DNA from: an uncultured Alphaproteobacteria bacterium
GTDB taxonomy: Bacteria; Pseudomonadota; Alphaproteobacteria; CAAHEQ01; UBA3637
Direction: 5' to 3'
Length of the DNA stretch: 64,000 bases
Assembly: GCA_944393195.1 (NCBI GenBank)
Contig: CALXZG010000003.1
Span: forward strand, 35,223 to 99,222
In this document: one piece after another, positions 9,326-19,986 of the stretch
Layout: the number at the start of each line of letters is the position of its first letter
Position numbering within the stretch: position 1 is the stretch's first letter
The notes under the pieces: generated by a model
Database searches by the model: none
What the model was told of the DNA's origin: nothing
Seen by the model: only the letters and a program-made list of their open reading frames with translations
Made by a program: the position numbers and the translations under genes

Positions 9326-10129
9326 ATGGCTTTGTTTAATCATTCTGTTGCGCCGCAGGTTCCCAAGATACGAATGGTCGGGGTGTCGAAGGCTTTTGGT
9401 CGGAAGAAGGTTTTGAGCGGGTTGGATTTGGATGTGTATCCGGGTGAATCTTTGGTGATTATCGGCGGTTCCGGCACGGGAAAATCCGTAACGTTAAAAT
9501 GTATTTTAGGGTTGTTAAAGCCGGATGCCGGTCGGATTGAAATTGACGGACGGGATGTGGCGCAGATATCGGCCAAGGAGCGGGAAAAAGCGCTTTCGCA
9601 AATCGGCATGTTGTTTCAGAACGCGGCTTTGTTTGACAGTTTGAATGTATGGGAGAATGTGGCTTTTTCCCTCCTACAAAACAAAAAAATGGGGGCCAAG
9701 GATGCGCGAAAGATCGCGTTAAAAAAGTTGGCTCAGGTCGGGTTAAAAAGTGATGTGGCGGATGTGTATCCGGCGGATTTGTCCGGGGGGATGAAAAAAC
9801 GGGTCGGTTTGGCGCGAGCGATTGCGACGGATCCGGCGATTATCTTTTTTGACGAACCGACGACGGGGCTGGATCCGATTATGTCGGATGTGATTAACGA
9901 GTTAATTGTAGATACAGTCAAGGGCTTGGGGGCAACGGCTTTGACGATTACGCATGATATGAATTCGGCGCGAAAAATTGCCGATCGAATTGCGATGTTA
10001 TACGAAGGGAAGATTATTTGGGTCGGTACGGTCAAGGAGTTGGACAAGACGAAAAATCCGTATGTGCGTCAGTTCGTTGCGGGAAGTGCCAAGGGACCGA
10101 TTCAGATGGAAGTTAAGGTACCGAAGTAG
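9326..10129 (+). CDS. mlaF: Phospholipid ABC transporter ATP-binding protein MlaF
   Basis: Walker A GGSGTGKS, signature LSGGMKKRVGLARA, Walker B IIFFDEPTTGLD. Adjacent to mlaE. Confidence 0.9.
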   Translation: MALFNHSVAPQVPKIRMVGVSKAFGRKKVLSGLDLDVYPGESLVIIGGSGTGKSVTLKCILGLLKPDAGRIEIDGRDVAQISAKEREKALSQIGMLFQNAALFDSLNVWENVAFSLLQNKKMGAKDARKIALKKLAQVGLKSDVADVYPADLSGGMKKRVGLARAIATDPAIIFFDEPTTGLDPIMSDVINELIVDTVKGLGATALTITHDMNSARKIADRIAMLYEGKIIWVGTVKELDKTKNPYVRQFVAGSAKGPIQMEVKVPK

Positions 10130-10138
10130 GAACGGAAG

Positions 10139-11545
10139 ATGGTCAAAAGAAGCAGTCAGTATGTGTGTCAGAGTTGTGGTGCCGTTTTTGCGCGGTGGGC
10201 CGGTAAATGCGAGGCATGCGGGGAATGGAACACGTTGACGGAGGAAGCTGTTCCGTCGGCGGAGATGCCGCATATGACGGCGGGTAAAGGCGGGCGTAAA
10301 CTGACTTTTCAAGATTTACAGGGCGCGCCGGAAATTATTTTTCGCCTAAAATCCGGTATCGGGGAGTTGGATCGGGTTTGCGGTGGCGGGTTGGTGCCGG
10401 GGTCTGTCATCCTTGTCGGTGGGGATCCGGGAATTGGAAAATCGACTTTGTTGTTACAGGCGACGGCCAAGTTAGCGGCCGGTGTGAACAAGGTTGGTCG
10501 ACCGACGCGGTGTGTCTACATTTCGGGGGAAGAATCGGTGGATCAGGTTCGGCTACGGGCTTTGCGGTTAGGGTTGGCTTCGGCATCGGTTGAATTGGCG
10601 AGTGCGACAAATGTGCGGGACATTGTGGCGACGTTGGATGTGGGGGAAGCGCCGGATGTGGTCATTATTGATTCGATTCAGACGATGTATTCGGATACGT
10701 TGGATTCCGCACCGGGAACGGTTGGTCAGGTTCGGGCGGCGGGTAATGAGTTGATACGATTGGCCAAACGGCGGAACTTTACGTTATTTTTGGTCGGGCA
10801 TGTGACGAAAGAGGGGACTTTGGCGGGGCCTCGGGTATTGGAACACATGGTGGACACGGTGTTATATTTTGAGGGAGATCGCGGGCATCATTTCCGGATT
10901 TTACGGTCGGTCAAAAATCGGTTCGGGGCAACGGATGAAATCGGGGTTTTTGAGATGACAGAGCAAGGGCTTAGCGAAGTTAAAAATCCGTCGGCTTTGT
11001 TCTTGGCCGAGCGGCGCGGTAATATTGCGGGCAGTTGTGTTTTTTGCGGGATAGAGGGGTCGCGGCCGTTATTGGTTGAGATTCAGGCTTTGGTCGCGCC
11101 GATGAACGGGCAGGCACCGCGGCGGTCGGTGGTCGGGTGGGACGGCAACCGATTGTCGATGATTTTGGCGGTATTGGAGGCCCGTTGCGGTATTGTGGTC
11201 GGGGCGAAGGATGTGTATTTAAATGTTGCGGGCGGGATGAAAATCAGTGAGCCGGCCTGTGATACAGCGGTGGCTTTGGCGGTTATTTCGGCGTTGACGC
11301 AAAAGCCGGTACCGGCGGATATGGTGGTGTTCGGGGAAGTCGGTTTATCCGGTGAAATACGTGCCGTTCCGCAGCCGGATTTACGGTTGAAGGAGGCGGC
11401 TAAACTTGGGTTCACACGGGCTTTGATACCGCTACGACGGGCGACGAAGAAAGCCGTTCCGGAAACGGGTATTCGGGCGATAGAGGTCGGTCATTTGCGG
11501 TCTTTGGCGGAATCTTTTATGAATCATGAGGAGAAAAAATGTTAG
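10139..11545 (+). CDS. radA: DNA repair protein RadA/Sms
   Basis: N-terminal zinc ribbon CQSCGAVFARWAGKCEACGEWN, Walker A GGDPGIGKSTL, KNRFG motif, Lon-like C-terminus. Confidence 0.95.
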   Translation: MVKRSSQYVCQSCGAVFARWAGKCEACGEWNTLTEEAVPSAEMPHMTAGKGGRKLTFQDLQGAPEIIFRLKSGIGELDRVCGGGLVPGSVILVGGDPGIGKSTLLLQATAKLAAGVNKVGRPTRCVYISGEESVDQVRLRALRLGLASASVELASATNVRDIVATLDVGEAPDVVIIDSIQTMYSDTLDSAPGTVGQVRAAGNELIRLAKRRNFTLFLVGHVTKEGTLAGPRVLEHMVDTVLYFEGDRGHHFRILRSVKNRFGATDEIGVFEMTEQGLSEVKNPSALFLAERRGNIAGSCVFCGIEGSRPLLVEIQALVAPMNGQAPRRSVVGWDGNRLSMILAVLEARCGIVVGAKDVYLNVAGGMKISEPACDTAVALAVISALTQKPVPADMVVFGEVGLSGEIRAVPQPDLRLKEAAKLGFTRALIPLRRATKKAVPETGIRAIEVGHLRSLAESFMNHEEKKC

Positions 11546-12186
11546 GCGTTATTGATATCTTAGTCATCATCACGGTTGTTTTATCCGTTTTGTTTGCTTT
11601 GTATCGCGGGTTGGTGCGAGAGTTGTTAGGTATCGCAGCGTGGATTTTGGCCGGATTTGCGGCGTTATACAGCTATGGATGGGTACGGCCGATCATGGGA
11701 AAGATGATTGACAATCAGACCATTGCGGGGGTTGTCGGCTCGTTAATTGTGGCGTTGGTTGTTTTGATTTTAATGACGTTGATGAACTCGTTTATTGCCA
11801 GCCGGCTACGGGAGAGCGCTTTGAGCGGATTGGATCGAATTTTAGGATTGGTATTCGGTGTTTTTCGGGCGGCTTTATTAATTGCGGTTATATATATCGG
11901 AGCATCGATGGTGTTGTCGGAAAAGCAGTTGGCGGAGATGGAAGATGAAAATCGGTCTATTCCGTACATTCATGTGATGGCCGGGTGGTTGGAACAGATT
12001 GTTCCGGAAAACATCAAGGATGACATGAAAGCGTATGAGCAAGGTAAGTTGCAATCGGAGAAGATTCAAAAAATCGGTATTGATCTGCAAAAGAAAGTGG
12101 TTGATGAATTGGTTGAGTATCAGGAAAGTGACAAGCAATCATTGGATGATATGATTGAGTTGATTGCTGCGGAGGAGGAGCCATGA
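11539..12186 (+). CDS. cvpA: CvpA-family membrane protein
   Basis: 215 aa with N-terminal multi-TM CvpA-like helices. Overlaps the radA stop. Confidence 0.8.
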   Translation: MLGVIDILVIITVVLSVLFALYRGLVRELLGIAAWILAGFAALYSYGWVRPIMGKMIDNQTIAGVVGSLIVALVVLILMTLMNSFIASRLRESALSGLDRILGLVFGVFRAALLIAVIYIGASMVLSEKQLAEMEDENRSIPYIHVMAGWLEQIVPENIKDDMKAYEQGKLQSEKIQKIGIDLQKKVVDELVEYQESDKQSLDDMIELIAAEEEP

Positions 12187-12590
12187 AACCGGAGAAGTTG
12201 ATTCAACAGGCGCAAGAGTTAATTCGGGCGCGGTATTGTCGGGAAGGGCATCATGCCGTTGTGGCGGCGGCTTTGGTAACGACATCGGGGCATGTGTATA
12301 CGGCTTTGAATGTCGGGACGACACAGCCGTCCGTGGCAACGTGTGCGGAAATTATTGCCATCGGAATGGCGCACCGGGCAGAGCCGGATATGGTGATTGA
12401 TATGATTGTGGCGGTTCGGGATCCGGCGGCTTATGTCATATCGCCGTGTGGCAAGTGTCGGGAATATATTGCAGATTACGGACCGACGGCTCGGGTCATC
12501 GTACCTGCGGATAATCCGGCGGGATACGAGGTTGTTGCGATTGGTGATTTATTACCGAACAAGTATGAGAAAAAAGCATGCGTATGTTAA
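12183..12590 (+). CDS. Cytidine/deoxycytidylate deaminase-family zinc enzyme (small homotetrameric type)
   Basis: 135 aa with the CAE...PCGKCRE zinc-binding motifs. Confidence 0.75.
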   Translation: MKPEKLIQQAQELIRARYCREGHHAVVAAALVTTSGHVYTALNVGTTQPSVATCAEIIAIGMAHRAEPDMVIDMIVAVRDPAAYVISPCGKCREYIADYGPTARVIVPADNPAGYEVVAIGDLLPNKYEKKACVC

Positions 12591-13039
12591 TCTCGGCAAT
12601 CGGGCGAATGAAAAAGAAAAGTCCGGAGGAAACGTTAATCGAAGAATATATCCGCAAGACGCGTTGGCCGGTGACAGTCCGGGAAAGTGAAGAAAAGCGG
12701 GCTTTGTCGGGAGATGCGTTAAAAGAGGCCGAAGGGCGGTTATTATTGGGAACCGTGCCGACCGGTGCGAAAGTTGTGGCTTTGGATGAGCGGGGAGAGA
12801 TGTTGTCATCGTGTGAATTGGCGCGTAAGGTAGCGCATTGGCGGGACACGGGCGTTGAGGATGTGGCTTTTTTAATCGGTGGTGCGAACGGGCATGCCGA
12901 AGCGGTTCGACGGCGGGCGGATTTAGTTTTGTCTTTCGGTCGGATGACGTTGCCGCATATGTTAATGCGGGTAGTGGCGGCAGAGCAAATTTATCGCATT
13001 CGGACGATTTTGGACGGGCATCCCTACCATCGGGAATAA
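12578..13039 (+). CDS. rlmH: 23S rRNA (pseudouridine1915-N3)-methyltransferase RlmH
   Basis: 153-aa SPOUT fold with FLIGGANGH and LSFGRMTLPH motifs. Confidence 0.9.
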   Translation: MRMLISAIGRMKKKSPEETLIEEYIRKTRWPVTVRESEEKRALSGDALKEAEGRLLLGTVPTGAKVVALDERGEMLSSCELARKVAHWRDTGVEDVAFLIGGANGHAEAVRRRADLVLSFGRMTLPHMLMRVVAAEQIYRIRTILDGHPYHRE

Positions 13040-13058
13040 ATTTGACGGAGAGAGGCAT

Positions 13059-15728
13059 ATGAAACAATTTTATACCGAAACAATAGAGGCTGTTTTGGCC
13101 GCTTTTAAGACGGACGGCCATGCCGGATTGACAGAGGATCAGGTTATGGCGGCACAGGCAAAATACGGGATGAATCAGATTCCCGCCCCCAAGAGAAAAA
13201 GTGCCTTGATTCGGTTTTTGCTTCAAATACATCAACCGTTAATTTATGTCTTAATTTTATCGGCGACGATTGCTTTGTGTTTAGGGGAGTATGTGGATGC
13301 GGCCGTGATTTACGGTGTGGTTATCGGCAATGCCGTTATGGGCTTTTTTCAGGAAGACAAGGCTTTGAAAGATTTGTCGAAATTAACACAAACAATTGAA
13401 TTGAAAACGCACGTGGTGCGGCATAATGATGTTCGGTGTATCGCAGCATCGGAGTTGGTTCCGGGGGATGTGGTTTTACTCTATTCGGGAGATAAGGTGC
13501 CGGCGGATATCCGATTGATTCAGGCAACGGATATGAAGGTGGAGGAGGCTTCTTTGACCGGAGAATCGGTGCCGGTAGAAAAAAACATTCAAGTGTTGCC
13601 TGCGGATACGGGCCTGGCCGATCGAACAAATATGGTGTATTCATCGACTTTGGTGACATTTGGCAGCGGTAAGGGGGTTGTCGTTGCAACGGGACGGCAG
13701 ACGGAAATCGGCAAGATATCGCAAATGATTCATGAGGCGACGGATTTAAAAACGCCTTTGACGCTTAAAATTGAAGATTTTAGTCAAAAATTGCTTTGGT
13801 TAATTGTCTTTTTTTCCGTATTGGCTTTTGTTGTGGGATGGATGAAGGGGATGCCTTTTGTCGATACGTTTATGTCGGGTGTGGCTATGGCGGTCGCGGC
13901 GATCCCGGAAGGATTACCGGCGGCGGTGACGATTATTTTGGCTATTGGTGTTAACCGGATGTTAAAGCGGCGGGCGATTGTCAGAAAATTGCCGGCGGTT
14001 GAAACGTTGGGCAGCACGTCTATTATTTGTTCGGATAAAACCGGTACGTTGACGGAAAACAAAATGACGGTACAAAAAATCGTGGCGGGTGGTGTTTCTT
14101 TCCGTGTGACGGGAACGGGGTATGACGGTGTCGGTCAAATTTTGCCGGAAGAGCCGAATGAGGCCTTAGATATGTGTTTAAAAACAGGTGTGTTGTGTAA
14201 CACAGCTTCTTTGGGACATGAAAAAACGCATGCGGATGCCGAGGGAGATCCGACGGAAATTGCGTTGTTGGTATCGGCTTTAAAACGCGGATCCGGACAA
14301 TTGGAGGGGAGAGCCGATCATACCTGTTTGTCGGCTATTCCGTTTGAGTCCGCTTATCAATACATGGCGTGTTTACAGGAAGACGGTGTTATTTATGTTA
14401 AGGGGGCCGTGGAGGCTGTTTTGCCTTTTTGTGTCGGACAGATGGATGCGTCGGGTCAAGTGGTTAAGATAGATAAAGATTCGATATTACAACAGATGGA
14501 GACGTTGGCCGGAGAAGGCTTACGTGTGTTGGGGTTTGCTATTCGCCGCGGATTTAAGGGACGTTCCATTCAGCATAAAGACGTTCAAGGAGATTTAATC
14601 TTTATCGGTATGCAGGCAATGATTGATCCGCCGAGAGAGGAAGCCGTTAAAGCAATAGCGGCCTGTCAAGCGGCGGGAATTCGTGTTAAAATGATTACGG
14701 GAGATCATGTGGTGACGGCGCGGGCGATCGCCGAGAAAATGGGATTATGCGGGTCATCCCGGTCGGTGTGTGTGATGAACGGAAGTGATATTACGCGCGC
14801 CAGTGATGCCGAACTAAAACGGGTGGCCCCTTCAATTGATGTTTTTGCACGAGTGACACCGGAAGATAAGTTACGTTTGGTTAAAGCATTGCAGGGAACG
14901 GGGGCTATTGTAGCCATGACGGGTGACGGTGTTAATGATGCGCCGGCTTTAAAGCAGGCGAACATTGGAATTGCCATGGGTAAAAACGGGACAGACGTTG
15001 CCAAAGAAGCGGCCGCCATTGTCTTAATGGATGATAATTTTGCGACAATTGAATCGGCCGTGGAAGAGGGACGGGGTGTTTTTGATAATTTAGTTAAGTT
15101 TATTTTGTGGACGTTACCGACCAGTTTTGCCGAGGCTATGATTGTGATGTTGGCCATTTTTTTCAATTGGACGGTTCCGATTTCGCCGGTACAGATTTTA
15201 TGGATCAACATGGTGACAACAATTTTGTTGGGTATTATGTTTTCATTTGAGCCGATTGAAAGAGGTATTATGAATCGCCCGCCGCGTCAGCCGAGCGCCC
15301 CGATTCTGACACCGGCGGTATCCTATCGTATTATAAGCGTGATGACGATGATAACGATTTTGTGCTTTATGGCTTTTGAGTGGGCCCGCGAGGCGGGGGC
15401 AACGGTTGCCGAGGGGCGAACGCTTGTCGTCAATGTCATTGTGATGACGGGAATTTTCTTTATGTTTGCCTGTCGATCGTTTCGTCAATCTGTATTTAAA
15501 ACAGGAATTTTGGCGAATAAACCGATGTTGTTCGGTGCGGTCGGGATGATCGGCCTGCAAATTGTATTTACGTATACTTGGTTGTTTCAGCAGGCTTTTA
15601 GGACAGCGGCAATCGGTTGGCGGGGATGGATGGTCGCATTATTGTGCGCAACAATCGTGGTTGTTATGGTTGAATGTGAAAAGTGGGTCTTGCGCCGGAT
15701 TGCCGTTTCGGCGAAAGAATGCCGATAA
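13059..15728 (+). CDS. P-type cation-transporting ATPase (type II, Ca2+/Mg2+-like)
   Basis: 889 aa with TGES, PEGLPA, CSDKTGTLT and TGDGVNDAPAL motifs and about 10 TM segments. Confidence 0.9.
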   Translation: MKQFYTETIEAVLAAFKTDGHAGLTEDQVMAAQAKYGMNQIPAPKRKSALIRFLLQIHQPLIYVLILSATIALCLGEYVDAAVIYGVVIGNAVMGFFQEDKALKDLSKLTQTIELKTHVVRHNDVRCIAASELVPGDVVLLYSGDKVPADIRLIQATDMKVEEASLTGESVPVEKNIQVLPADTGLADRTNMVYSSTLVTFGSGKGVVVATGRQTEIGKISQMIHEATDLKTPLTLKIEDFSQKLLWLIVFFSVLAFVVGWMKGMPFVDTFMSGVAMAVAAIPEGLPAAVTIILAIGVNRMLKRRAIVRKLPAVETLGSTSIICSDKTGTLTENKMTVQKIVAGGVSFRVTGTGYDGVGQILPEEPNEALDMCLKTGVLCNTASLGHEKTHADAEGDPTEIALLVSALKRGSGQLEGRADHTCLSAIPFESAYQYMACLQEDGVIYVKGAVEAVLPFCVGQMDASGQVVKIDKDSILQQMETLAGEGLRVLGFAIRRGFKGRSIQHKDVQGDLIFIGMQAMIDPPREEAVKAIAACQAAGIRVKMITGDHVVTARAIAEKMGLCGSSRSVCVMNGSDITRASDAELKRVAPSIDVFARVTPEDKLRLVKALQGTGAIVAMTGDGVNDAPALKQANIGIAMGKNGTDVAKEAAAIVLMDDNFATIESAVEEGRGVFDNLVKFILWTLPTSFAEAMIVMLAIFFNWTVPISPVQILWINMVTTILLGIMFSFEPIERGIMNRPPRQPSAPILTPAVSYRIISVMTMITILCFMAFEWAREAGATVAEGRTLVVNVIVMTGIFFMFACRSFRQSVFKTGILANKPMLFGAVGMIGLQIVFTYTWLFQQAFRTAAIGWRGWMVALLCATIVVVMVECEKWVLRRIAVSAKECR

Positions 15729-15791
15729 TCGCTTGACAGACGGGGAAAAATCTGTAATAGTAGCAGGCAGACTAGCGAAAGGATTTAAAAC

Positions 15792-16631
15792 ATGCATTCT
15801 AATTTATTCCTACGGATTGTGTCGGCCGTTATTTTGGCGCCGGTTGTCTTGGGTTCTGTTTGGTTCGGGCGCTTGGCGTATGAAGATTACTCCATTCCTT
15901 TGTATTCAATTTTATTGGCTGTTTTCGGGACGGCTTTGGCCTGGGAATGGGGGCATATGTTTAAAAAAGAAGGAGCGGCCAATCAGTTGTTGATTGCTTT
16001 GACGGCTTGTTTGGCGGCTTTTTTGACGGAAGGAAATCCGTTGTTCGTTTTATGGATTGTTTTGGTCGGAACGACGGCGGTTTTTTGGAAGTCGGGGTAT
16101 CAGTTTAAATTTGCTTTGGGTGTTCCGTATATTTGTCTGCCGATTTTATCGTTGGGGTACATTTATTATGTGAATGAAAGTATCAGCCGGGAGATTGTTT
16201 TGTGGTTGTTCTTTGTGGTTTGGGCAACGGATATCGGCGGGTACATTGTCGGCAAAACAATCGGCGGGCCGAAGTTGGCACCGAAAATCAGTGCGAAAAA
16301 AACATGGGCTGGTTTGTTCGGCGGTATCTTTTTTGCCATGGGTGTTGCCTATGTCTTTGCGTTGTATTTAAAGGCAAACGGATTAATTCCGCCGGGCGCC
16401 GAATACTTTCATCATTTGACGCGGGTATTGGTTTTGTCCGCAGGCGGCTTGGCCGTATTATCTCAGGCCGGGGACTTTTTTGAATCGGCGATTAAGCGCA
16501 AGTTAAACATCAAAGATTCCAGCAACTTAATTCCGGGACACGGCGGTGTTTTTGATCGGGTGGACGGATTGTTGTTCGCGTCCGTGGCAACGGCTGTGGC
16601 GTTGGCTTTGGTCAATAACGGGATTGTCTAA
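15792..16631 (+). CDS. cdsA: Phosphatidate cytidylyltransferase
   Basis: 279 aa, multi-TM, with C-terminal signature SAIKRKLNIKDSSNLIPGHGGVFDRVDGL. Confidence 0.9.
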   Translation: MHSNLFLRIVSAVILAPVVLGSVWFGRLAYEDYSIPLYSILLAVFGTALAWEWGHMFKKEGAANQLLIALTACLAAFLTEGNPLFVLWIVLVGTTAVFWKSGYQFKFALGVPYICLPILSLGYIYYVNESISREIVLWLFFVVWATDIGGYIVGKTIGGPKLAPKISAKKTWAGLFGGIFFAMGVAYVFALYLKANGLIPPGAEYFHHLTRVLVLSAGGLAVLSQAGDFFESAIKRKLNIKDSSNLIPGHGGVFDRVDGLLFASVATAVALALVNNGIV

Positions 16632-17729
16632 ATGTTAATGACATTGTTGTACATATTCGCCTTTATTCTGGTTTTATCTTTGGTCGTCATTGTGCATGAG
16701 GGTGGGCATTTCATTATGGCCCGGTTATGTGGTGTGGCGGTTGTGGAATTCTCTTTGGGATTCGGAAAAGAATTGTGCGGATGGACGGATAAGCATGGAA
16801 CCCGGTGGAAGGTTTGTGCGTTGCCGTTTGGCGGATATGTCAAAATGTTGGGTGATGAGGACGCGGCAAGTGCCAAGTCCGGCGTTAAGGAAGTGGCTCC
16901 GGAAATGCGCCCCTATACGTTTATGGCGCAAAAGTTGTGGAAGCGGGCGGCGATTATTTTTGCCGGACCGGCGATGAATTATGTTTTTGCGGTTTTCATT
17001 TTAACGGGTATTCTATGGACGGTGGGGCAGGTTGTGATTCCGCCGGTAATCGGTTCGGTTGAGGATGGTTCGGCGGCGGCCGAGGCCGGATTAAAGCCGG
17101 GAGATGAAATTGTGCGCGTTAACGGGGAAAAAGCTGTTGAATTTTCGGATGTGCAGCGCATTGTGCGGTTGGCGGAAAAGGATGAGGCTTTGGTTATGCG
17201 CATTCGGCGGGACGGTACCGAGTTTGACGTGACGGTTCGGCCGCAGTATGATTCGGCGGCAGACTATCCGCGGGTTGGTGTGATGTCGGCCATGGAGGCA
17301 ATCACGATAGATGACGATATCGGTTTCGGGCGGGCTTTTGTTTTGTCGGTTCGGGATGTGGCGCGAATGACGACGGATACGGTGACGTATTTAGGGCAGG
17401 TCATTACGCGGGAGCGGTCGGGCAAGGATATGCGTGGGCCGATCGGTATTGCCGAAGCATCAGGAGATGCGCTGCGCGGCGGATGGTTAAGTTTAATGGT
17501 CTTTATTGCCCAGATTTCGGTCGCGATCGGGTTTATGAATTTATTGCCGATTCCGTTGTTGGACGGCGGTCATTTATTCTTTTATGCAATTGAAGCGGTT
17601 CGGCGCAAGCCAATGTCGGACAAGGCGCAGAATGGCTTTTTGTGGGTCGGTCTCGGCTTTTTAATGATGTTATTGGCGTATACTTTATTTTTGGATATCC
17701 CCCGTATTTGGATGAGGATCATGGGATGA
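16632..17729 (+). CDS. rseP: RIP zinc metalloprotease RseP (M50)
   Basis: HEGGHF motif in TM1, a PDZ segment, and NLLPIPLLDGGH near the C-terminus. Confidence 0.9.
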   Translation: MLMTLLYIFAFILVLSLVVIVHEGGHFIMARLCGVAVVEFSLGFGKELCGWTDKHGTRWKVCALPFGGYVKMLGDEDAASAKSGVKEVAPEMRPYTFMAQKLWKRAAIIFAGPAMNYVFAVFILTGILWTVGQVVIPPVIGSVEDGSAAAEAGLKPGDEIVRVNGEKAVEFSDVQRIVRLAEKDEALVMRIRRDGTEFDVTVRPQYDSAADYPRVGVMSAMEAITIDDDIGFGRAFVLSVRDVARMTTDTVTYLGQVITRERSGKDMRGPIGIAEASGDALRGGWLSLMVFIAQISVAIGFMNLLPIPLLDGGHLFFYAIEAVRRKPMSDKAQNGFLWVGLGFLMMLLAYTLFLDIPRIWMRIMG

Positions 17730-19984
17730 AGAAAATTATTGCCGTTTTATGTGTGGGAACATGTTTGGCTTCGCCGGTTATGGCGGAGGTATTAAAGCGG
17801 GTTGATATTACGGGGACGCGGCGAATTGAAAACGCGACGGTGATGAGTTACTTGCGCTTACAGGTGGGGGATGATGTATCCGCGGCGGATTTGGATACGG
17901 CGACAAAGACTTTGTTCGCGACCGGATTATTTTCCGATGTCAATATGAAAATGGCGGATGGGGTTGTTTCGATTCGGGTGGAAGAAAATCCGATTGTTCA
18001 CACGGTTTATTTTGAGGGAAATGATTCGTTGGATGATCAGGTGTTGCAGACGGAAGTTTTATTAAAATCCCGTATGGTATACACACGGCGCAAGTTGCAG
18101 GACGATGCGGCTCGGTTAGTTGAGGTTTATAAACGGAACGGACGGTTTGGGGCGCGGGTAACGCCGAAGATTATTCCGAAGGATCAAAATCGGGTAGATA
18201 TTGTTTTTGAAATTGATGAAGGTGCCAAGACGACGATTCAGAAAATCAATATTGTCGGGAACAAAGCTTTCAGCGGGGATGTGTTGCGGGACAAGATGAT
18301 TTCGAAAGAAAAAGCTTGGTACCGGTTTTTATCGTCGACGGACACATATGATCCGGATCGGTTAAACTATGATCAGGAATTATTGCGCCGGCATTATTTA
18401 CAGAACGGGTATGTTGATTTTAAGGTCAAAAGTGCGACGGCCGAATTAACGCCGGACAACACGGGATTTATCATTACGATTGATATTGACGAAGGGGTAC
18501 GCTATCGTTTTGGTGATGTGGCCATGTCGGTGACTTTACCGGATTATCAGGGGGCGGACAAAATTAAGGATTTTGTGGCTTTTAAAACCGGGGATTATTT
18601 CAATGCGGATTTGGTTGAAACGACGGTAGAACGGATTACGGAAGCGATTGAGAATGAAGGATATGCTTTTGTGGAAGTTGTACCGGACTTTACGAAAGAC
18701 GATACGGGGCGGACAGTGGCCATTTCTTTCCGAGTCAGTGAGGGACCGAAAGTCTTTATTGATCAGATTCAGGTAAGGGGAAATTCCCGAACATTGGATA
18801 AGGTTATTCGGCGGGAGTTTCGCTTAAAAGAGGGAGATGCTTTTAACGCGGCGCGCTTACGGCGGTCAAAGCAGCGGGTTGAGGATTTGGATTATTTCAG
18901 TCGGGTTGATTTGCAGACGCAGCCGACGAGTCAGCCGGATCGGGTAACGGCGATAATGGATGTGGCGGAAAAATCGACGGGGGCTTTTAACATCGGGGTC
19001 GGTTGGTCGTCGTATGACGGGATGTTATTTGAAACCGGAATTCAGGAGCGCAATGTTTTAGGGACGGGTAAAATCATGGGGATTAACATGATGTTGTCCC
19101 AGAAAGAAACACAATATTCCATCGGCTTAACGGATCCGTACTTTATGGATAAAAATTTATTGGCCGGGGTGGATATTTTTCACACAACGCGGGATAACAG
19201 TGATTCCAGTTCGTACAGCTATACAACGACGGGTGGCAGTATTCGTTTCGGATGGGATTATACCGAACGGTTGCGGCAATCGGTGCGGTATACGCTACGG
19301 CAGGATGATGTGAACGATATTGATGATGATGCGTCGATTTATATTAAAGAGCAACGCGGGAAAAACATTGTTTCTTTGATCGGGCAGGAATTAATTTATG
19401 ATCGGCGGGATAGTCGTATCAATCCGACGACGGGGTATTACACGTCATTGGGGGCGGATGTGGCCGGATTGGGCGGTGATTCCAAGTTCGTGCGGTTAAA
19501 TGTGACGGGTATTCGATATTTTCCGGTTGCCGAAGACGTCGTTTTGTCTTTGCGGGGAGATGCCGGTCGAATTTGGGGAATCGGTGGTCGAGATGTTCGC
19601 ATTAACGATCGGTATTTTTTAGGCGATGCTTCTTTGCGCGGGTTTGAATACGGTGGTGTCGGCGCGCGGGATCGGGCGACGGATGATGCTTTGGGCGGTC
19701 AATGGTATGCGACGGTTAGTGCAGAGGTAACATTCCCGATCGGATTGCCGAAAGAATTAGGAATTAAGGGTAAGTTGTTTACGGATGCGGGATGGATCGG
19801 GCGACCGGAACATTTTGATTCGGCAACAATGGTTTACTCCGATAAAACGCGTATGGCGGTTGGAACGGGTATTTTGTGGCAATCGCCGATGGGGATGATT
19901 AACCTTGACTTTTCATACCCTGTCATGAAAGCGAAAGAAGATAAGACAAGGGTATTTCGTTTGAACTTTGGGAAAGGATTTTAG
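17726..19984 (+). CDS. bamA: Outer membrane protein assembly factor BamA
   Basis: I place the start at the ATG at 17726 (MKKIIAVLCVGTCLASPVMA signal peptide), which forms an ATGA overlap with rseP. POTRA repeats are followed by an Omp85 barrel ending in ...RLNFGKGF. Confidence 0.9.
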   Translation: MKKIIAVLCVGTCLASPVMAEVLKRVDITGTRRIENATVMSYLRLQVGDDVSAADLDTATKTLFATGLFSDVNMKMADGVVSIRVEENPIVHTVYFEGNDSLDDQVLQTEVLLKSRMVYTRRKLQDDAARLVEVYKRNGRFGARVTPKIIPKDQNRVDIVFEIDEGAKTTIQKINIVGNKAFSGDVLRDKMISKEKAWYRFLSSTDTYDPDRLNYDQELLRRHYLQNGYVDFKVKSATAELTPDNTGFIITIDIDEGVRYRFGDVAMSVTLPDYQGADKIKDFVAFKTGDYFNADLVETTVERITEAIENEGYAFVEVVPDFTKDDTGRTVAISFRVSEGPKVFIDQIQVRGNSRTLDKVIRREFRLKEGDAFNAARLRRSKQRVEDLDYFSRVDLQTQPTSQPDRVTAIMDVAEKSTGAFNIGVGWSSYDGMLFETGIQERNVLGTGKIMGINMMLSQKETQYSIGLTDPYFMDKNLLAGVDIFHTTRDNSDSSSYSYTTTGGSIRFGWDYTERLRQSVRYTLRQDDVNDIDDDASIYIKEQRGKNIVSLIGQELIYDRRDSRINPTTGYYTSLGADVAGLGGDSKFVRLNVTGIRYFPVAEDVVLSLRGDAGRIWGIGGRDVRINDRYFLGDASLRGFEYGGVGARDRATDDALGGQWYATVSAEVTFPIGLPKELGIKGKLFTDAGWIGRPEHFDSATMVYSDKTRMAVGTGILWQSPMGMINLDFSYPVMKAKEDKTRVFRLNFGKGF

Positions 19985-19986
19985 AT

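Noticed and set aside
12552-13235. 227-aa minus-strand ORF over rlmH and the start of the ATPase gene
   Set aside because: It is antisense to two motif-supported genes, and its Pro/Arg/Ser-rich composition is typical of shadow frames.
17642-17725. Upstream extension of bamA in the ORF track (start at 17642)
   Set aside because: The extension lies inside rseP and lacks a signal peptide. The ATG at 17726 gives a normal signal peptide and an ATGA overlap with rseP. The upstream extensions of lpxA (22100), pnp (36001), rpsO (36379), aroK (38447) and ORFs C and D were trimmed for the same reason.
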